The notes below the pieces were generated by a model. The model saw nothing but the letters and a program-made list of their open reading frames with translations. It did no database searches and had not been told where the DNA came from. Below, one piece after another: positions 62,420 through 64,000 of a stretch of 64,000 nt of DNA. Numbering within the stretch: position 1 is the first letter of the stretch; each line of letters opens with the position of its first letter. The DNA is taken from NCBI GenBank assembly GCA_012295275.1, contig CM022670.1, positions 11,346,001 through 11,410,000 of the forward strand, written 5' to 3'. The translations under genes and the position numbers were made by a program. Origin of the DNA: Chrysomallon squamiferum (Eukaryota > Animalia > Mollusca).

Positions 62420-63767
62420 ATGGTGTATGTGTCTCTAAACTACTCGTCACTGTCATCCATTAAACTGTCAGTCACTGTATGCTTCAGCTTCAATGCTTGG
62501 GCTTCCAGGAGGCTTCTTCCTTGGTTGTCCAATTTCAGATCTCACTACCAGCCAACATGTTCTGTAACCCTCTCTAATTTTTCCAACTCACAGGCGTGTA
62601 CGGGGATGTTCATCGAGTGAAGATCTTGTTTAACAAGAAAGACAATGCACTCATACAGATGGCTGAACCAAATCAAGCTCAACTTGGTAAGGATGTTTCA
62701 GTCAGGAAATACTTGAGAAAAAAAAAAAATAATGTTTAATAATAATAATGCATAGTCTAAGTTTTACCAGTGTTATTTTTAAAAATTGTTAAATACAGAA
62801 AGGTGACACCCCTTTTGGTTGTATAAATAGTTTTGCAAAAATGTATTCATTTTCAAATGGGGAAAACAAAAAAAATTGGGATGGTTCTTTATTTCTTTCT
62901 CTTCTTTATTTCTTTTATATTTTCTTTTATTTTTCTTTTATTTATTTTTTAAGTTTTAATATGTTTGCTTTATTAAATTTTTTTCAGCCATCACATTTTT
63001 GGACAAAGTAAAAGTTTGGGGAAAGCCAATCCGAGTGGCTCAATCAAAGCATTCAGTGGTTCAGATGCCGAAAGACGGGCAGCCTGTAAGAACAAATTTA
63101 AATATTTATTTTGTTTAGCTTACAGTTTAATGTATAATTCAGAGCAGGTAAATTTTAGTTTTGAGAAAACAAATAATTATAAACTTCATTTTATGTTCAT
63201 TGCAATGTCTGAATACAAAATAAAATATTTTATTCTGAAAAATAAATTAAATTTTTTTTTTTTTTTTTTAATATATTGATTCCTACTCATGTTTTTCCCA
63301 CACATTAAATTTAAAAAAAAAAAATAAAAAAAAAAAAAAAAATTCAGGTAATATAACTGATGCTACAAAACTCAATAAAACTTGATATAATCATATTTCA
63401 AAATAAAACTGAATGGTCTTTTATCTATCTGAGAATTAGGTATTTTTCTCTAGGTGTTATGAATTGAATTGTATAGTTAGAAAAACCTGATGAACTGCCT
63501 TGATACATTTTTTTAGAGAAATTAAGTTTTCAAAATGTACAAAACAAATAAAAAGAATATCTGGTTTAAAGCTAAAATAATCCTAATATTCAGCATCATA
63601 ATGTTGTAACTCAGCATATAAGATTTAAATTTGATTTTGTAATTTCAGGATGCTGGCTTGACAAAAGATTATACCAATTCACCTCTCCATCGCTTCAAGA
63701 GACCAGGATCAAAAAATTGTCAGAACATTTTCCCTCCATCTGGAGTCCTTCATTTATCTAACATTCC
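13738..63767 (+). CDS. PTBP1: polypyrimidine tract-binding protein (PTBP1/2/3, hephaestus orthologue), 3'-partial; reference path join(13738..13745,20352..20376,47879..47980,52022..52171,53366..53518,53916..54092,54523..54574,54936..54994,55271..55436,[56794..?],57975..57998,59337..59461,61759..61792,62594..62686,62988..63085,63649..63767,...)
   Basis: Translates to [17 protein letters not shown]..., PSRVVHIR (RRM1), [39 protein letters not shown] (RRM2), [38 protein letters not shown] (RRM3), [35 protein letters not shown] (RRM4 start). Phases are consistent except for the linker exon at 56794. Confidence 0.96.
15687..18524 (-). mobile_element. Sola2-like non-autonomous DNA transposon with ~630-bp inverted arms (15687..16319 and 17900..18524)
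   Basis: GGGTCATTCC...GGAATGACCC termini, ATAT on both flanks (4-bp TSD), arms near-identical in reverse complement, decayed transposase fragments on the - strand. Confidence 0.88.
16305..16930 (-). pseudogene. decayed N-terminal part of a Sola-type transposase
   Basis: Fragments [22 protein letters not shown] and [46 protein letters not shown]. They resemble, from memory, the FY..D..SR..PG.KD...QK.L.L.NL.ELY block of Sola transposases. Stops and frameshifts present; no catalytic domain seen. Confidence 0.75.
20352..20376 (+). CDS. PTBP1: PTB exon 2a, 25 nt (DCLSSGTK)
   Basis: Strong CT-rich tract + cag acceptor, AAG|gtatgt donor, 3n+1 length bridging phase 2 to 0; GTK matches the end of vertebrate exon 2. 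Confidence 0.9.
27424..27630 (+). CDS. PTBP1: PTB alternative first coding exon (MYVCWY...VALPRK, 69 aa, Pro/Ala/Gln-rich)
   Basis: Coding-like, GC-richer ORF ending AAG|gtatgt in phase 0, in frame with the RGSEEL exon. Confidence 0.78.
31124..31176. repeat. (TTA)n microsatellite
   Basis: Perfect trinucleotide run. Confidence 0.95.
31429..31450 (+). CDS. candidate alternative exon 2, 22 nt (WTEQVRK)
   Basis: tttatag| acceptor, AAG|gtagtt donor, 3n+1, no stop, two (T)GCATG 37-50 nt downstream; both splice sites are weak. Confidence 0.35.
33380..33385 (+). CDS. candidate alternative first exon, coding part ATG AAG| (MK)
   Basis: acaacaactATGAAG|gtaagt: A-rich start context and consensus donor, phase 0. 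Confidence 0.55.
42099..42158. repeat. (CA)n microsatellite
   Basis: Perfect dinucleotide run; explains the THTH/CVCV ORFs. Confidence 0.97.
42458..42639 (+). promoter_or_regulatory. candidate internal promoter and pyrimidine-rich non-coding first exon
   Basis: CCAAT 42458-42462, TCAGTC Inr 42518-42523, GAG|gtgagt donor after 42639, TGCATG at 42651. Confidence 0.55.
45731..45797 (+). CDS. PTBP1: PTB alternative exon 2b, 67 nt ([22 protein letters not shown]; own ATG at 45732)
   Basis: cttctctgttctttttctgatag| acceptor, AAG|gtaggc donor, 3n+1, open frame ending in K. Confidence 0.72.
47879..47980 (+). CDS. PTBP1: PTB shared exon 3 ([16 protein letters not shown]...SNDAKK)
   Basis: ttgcag| acceptor, AAG|gtaaga donor, 102 nt; RGSDEL homologue. 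Confidence 0.93.
49798..49815 (-). promoter_or_regulatory. CTCF-like motif
   Basis: Reverse complement TGCCTGTAGATGGCGGCA fits the core CC[AT][CG]YAGRKGGCR. Confidence 0.4.
52022..52171 (+). CDS. PTBP1: PTB exon, RRM1 first half ([18 protein letters not shown]...KQKNQ)
   Basis: ttttag| acceptor, CAG|gtaatt donor, 150 nt. Confidence 0.95.
53366..53518 (+). CDS. PTBP1: PTB exon, RRM1 second half (AFLEF...YVQFSNHK...AYQ)
   Basis: tattag| acceptor, CAG|gtaaca donor, 153 nt. Confidence 0.95.
53916..54092 (+). CDS. PTBP1: PTB exon ([14 protein letters not shown]...[20 protein letters not shown])
   Basis: ttttag| acceptor, CAG|gtaagt donor, 177 nt. Confidence 0.95.
54523..54574 (+). CDS. PTBP1: PTB exon, RRM2 ([17 protein letters not shown])
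   Basis: ttacag| acceptor, ACA|gtaagt donor, 52 nt. Confidence 0.94.
54936..54994 (+). CDS. PTBP1: PTB exon, RRM2 ([20 protein letters not shown])
   Basis: aaatag| acceptor, GAT|gtaagt donor, 59 nt. Confidence 0.93.
55271..55436 (+). CDS. PTBP1: PTB exon, RRM2 end (SLDGQNIY...DQALQFC)
   Basis: ttccag| acceptor, GTG|gtaagt donor, 166 nt. Confidence 0.96.
56794..56893 (+). CDS. PTBP1: PTB RRM2-RRM3 linker exon ([30 protein letters not shown]..), homologue of vertebrate alternative exon 9; 3' end uncertain
   Basis: attaag| acceptor; GAPGVISSP matches vertebrate GAPGIISASP; the best donor GAG|gtatgc gives 100 nt, out of frame (see findings). Confidence 0.7.
57975..57998 (+). CDS. PTBP1: PTB 24-nt symmetric microexon (APGFGSLA)
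   Basis: tctttcccttttgttgtag| acceptor, CAG|gtgagt consensus donor, phase 1-1. Confidence 0.82.
59337..59461 (+). CDS. PTBP1: PTB exon ([10 protein letters not shown]...[13 protein letters not shown])
   Basis: ttccag| acceptor, CAG|gtaaga donor, 125 nt, phase 1-0. Confidence 0.95.
61759..61792 (+). CDS. PTBP1: PTB 34-nt exon ([12 protein letters not shown]), homologue of PTBP1 exon 11 / PTBP2 exon 10
   Basis: ctttag| acceptor, TTG|gtacgt donor, exactly 34 nt, needed to keep the RRM3 frame. Confidence 0.94.
62594..62686 (+). CDS. PTBP1: PTB exon, RRM3 ([30 protein letters not shown])
   Basis: tcacag| acceptor, TTG|gtaagg donor, 93 nt. Confidence 0.96.
62988..63085 (+). CDS. PTBP1: PTB exon, RRM3 end ([33 protein letters not shown])
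   Basis: tttcag| acceptor, CCT|gtaaga donor, 98 nt. Confidence 0.95.
63649..63767 (+). CDS. PTBP1: PTB exon, linker and RRM4 start ([16 protein letters not shown]...LHLSNIP)
   Basis: tttcag| acceptor, TCC|gtaagt donor, 119 nt; the gene continues past the window. Confidence 0.96.
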
Positions 63768-64000
63768 GTAAGTCTTACTTGCTGTCTGTTGTGATAGTTA
63801 TCTACACCTATTTCATTAAATATACCAAAGTTATCAAATAATTTAATAAAGCTAAAATATTCAAATCATATCACAATTTTTTATGTGACAGGTGTGATAG
63901 GTTTATTAAATAATCTCTTTGGTGTTGCATTAGAAGGACCCCAAACTGTTAGATGTAAAAATGTTATCATTGTGAAATAAAAATTATTGGTGTTTTATTG

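Noticed and set aside
1-64000. Most of the 60-140 aa ORFs in the supplied track
   Set aside because: They are low-complexity translations of AT-rich intron or microsatellite DNA, antisense shadows of real exons, or exon read-through into introns

Overview
AT-rich, intron-rich animal genomic DNA (the PTB protein sequence and repeat landscape look lophotrochozoan/mollusc-like; inference only). There are two + strand genes. (1) The 3' part of PIGG (GPI ethanolamine phosphate transferase 2): 11 coding exons, 231..7069, all splicing in frame. (2) A very large PTBP/hephaestus gene: ATG at 13738, RRM1-RRM3 and the start of RRM4, running off the window end. Its ~34 kb 5' region carries a set of alternative N-terminal exons that end in Lys (AAG|GT) and splice in frame onto a shared RGSEEL exon, rebuilding the KRGS motif. 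Skipping them gives a uORF whose stop overlaps an in-frame ATG (TAATG). The gene also keeps the 34-nt exon that is the NMD switch in vertebrates, with a 174-nt AG-free zone upstream, plus a 24-nt microexon and a linker exon whose best GT donors are out of frame. Mobile DNA: a 2.84-kb Sola2-like non-autonomous element with ~630-bp near-identical inverted arms in PTB intron 1, and an ~0.8-kb MULE-like element with a 9-bp TSD between the genes. Most ORFs in the supplied track are spurious or exon read-throughs. All coordinates were read by eye, and all alternative exons are sequence predictions without transcript data.
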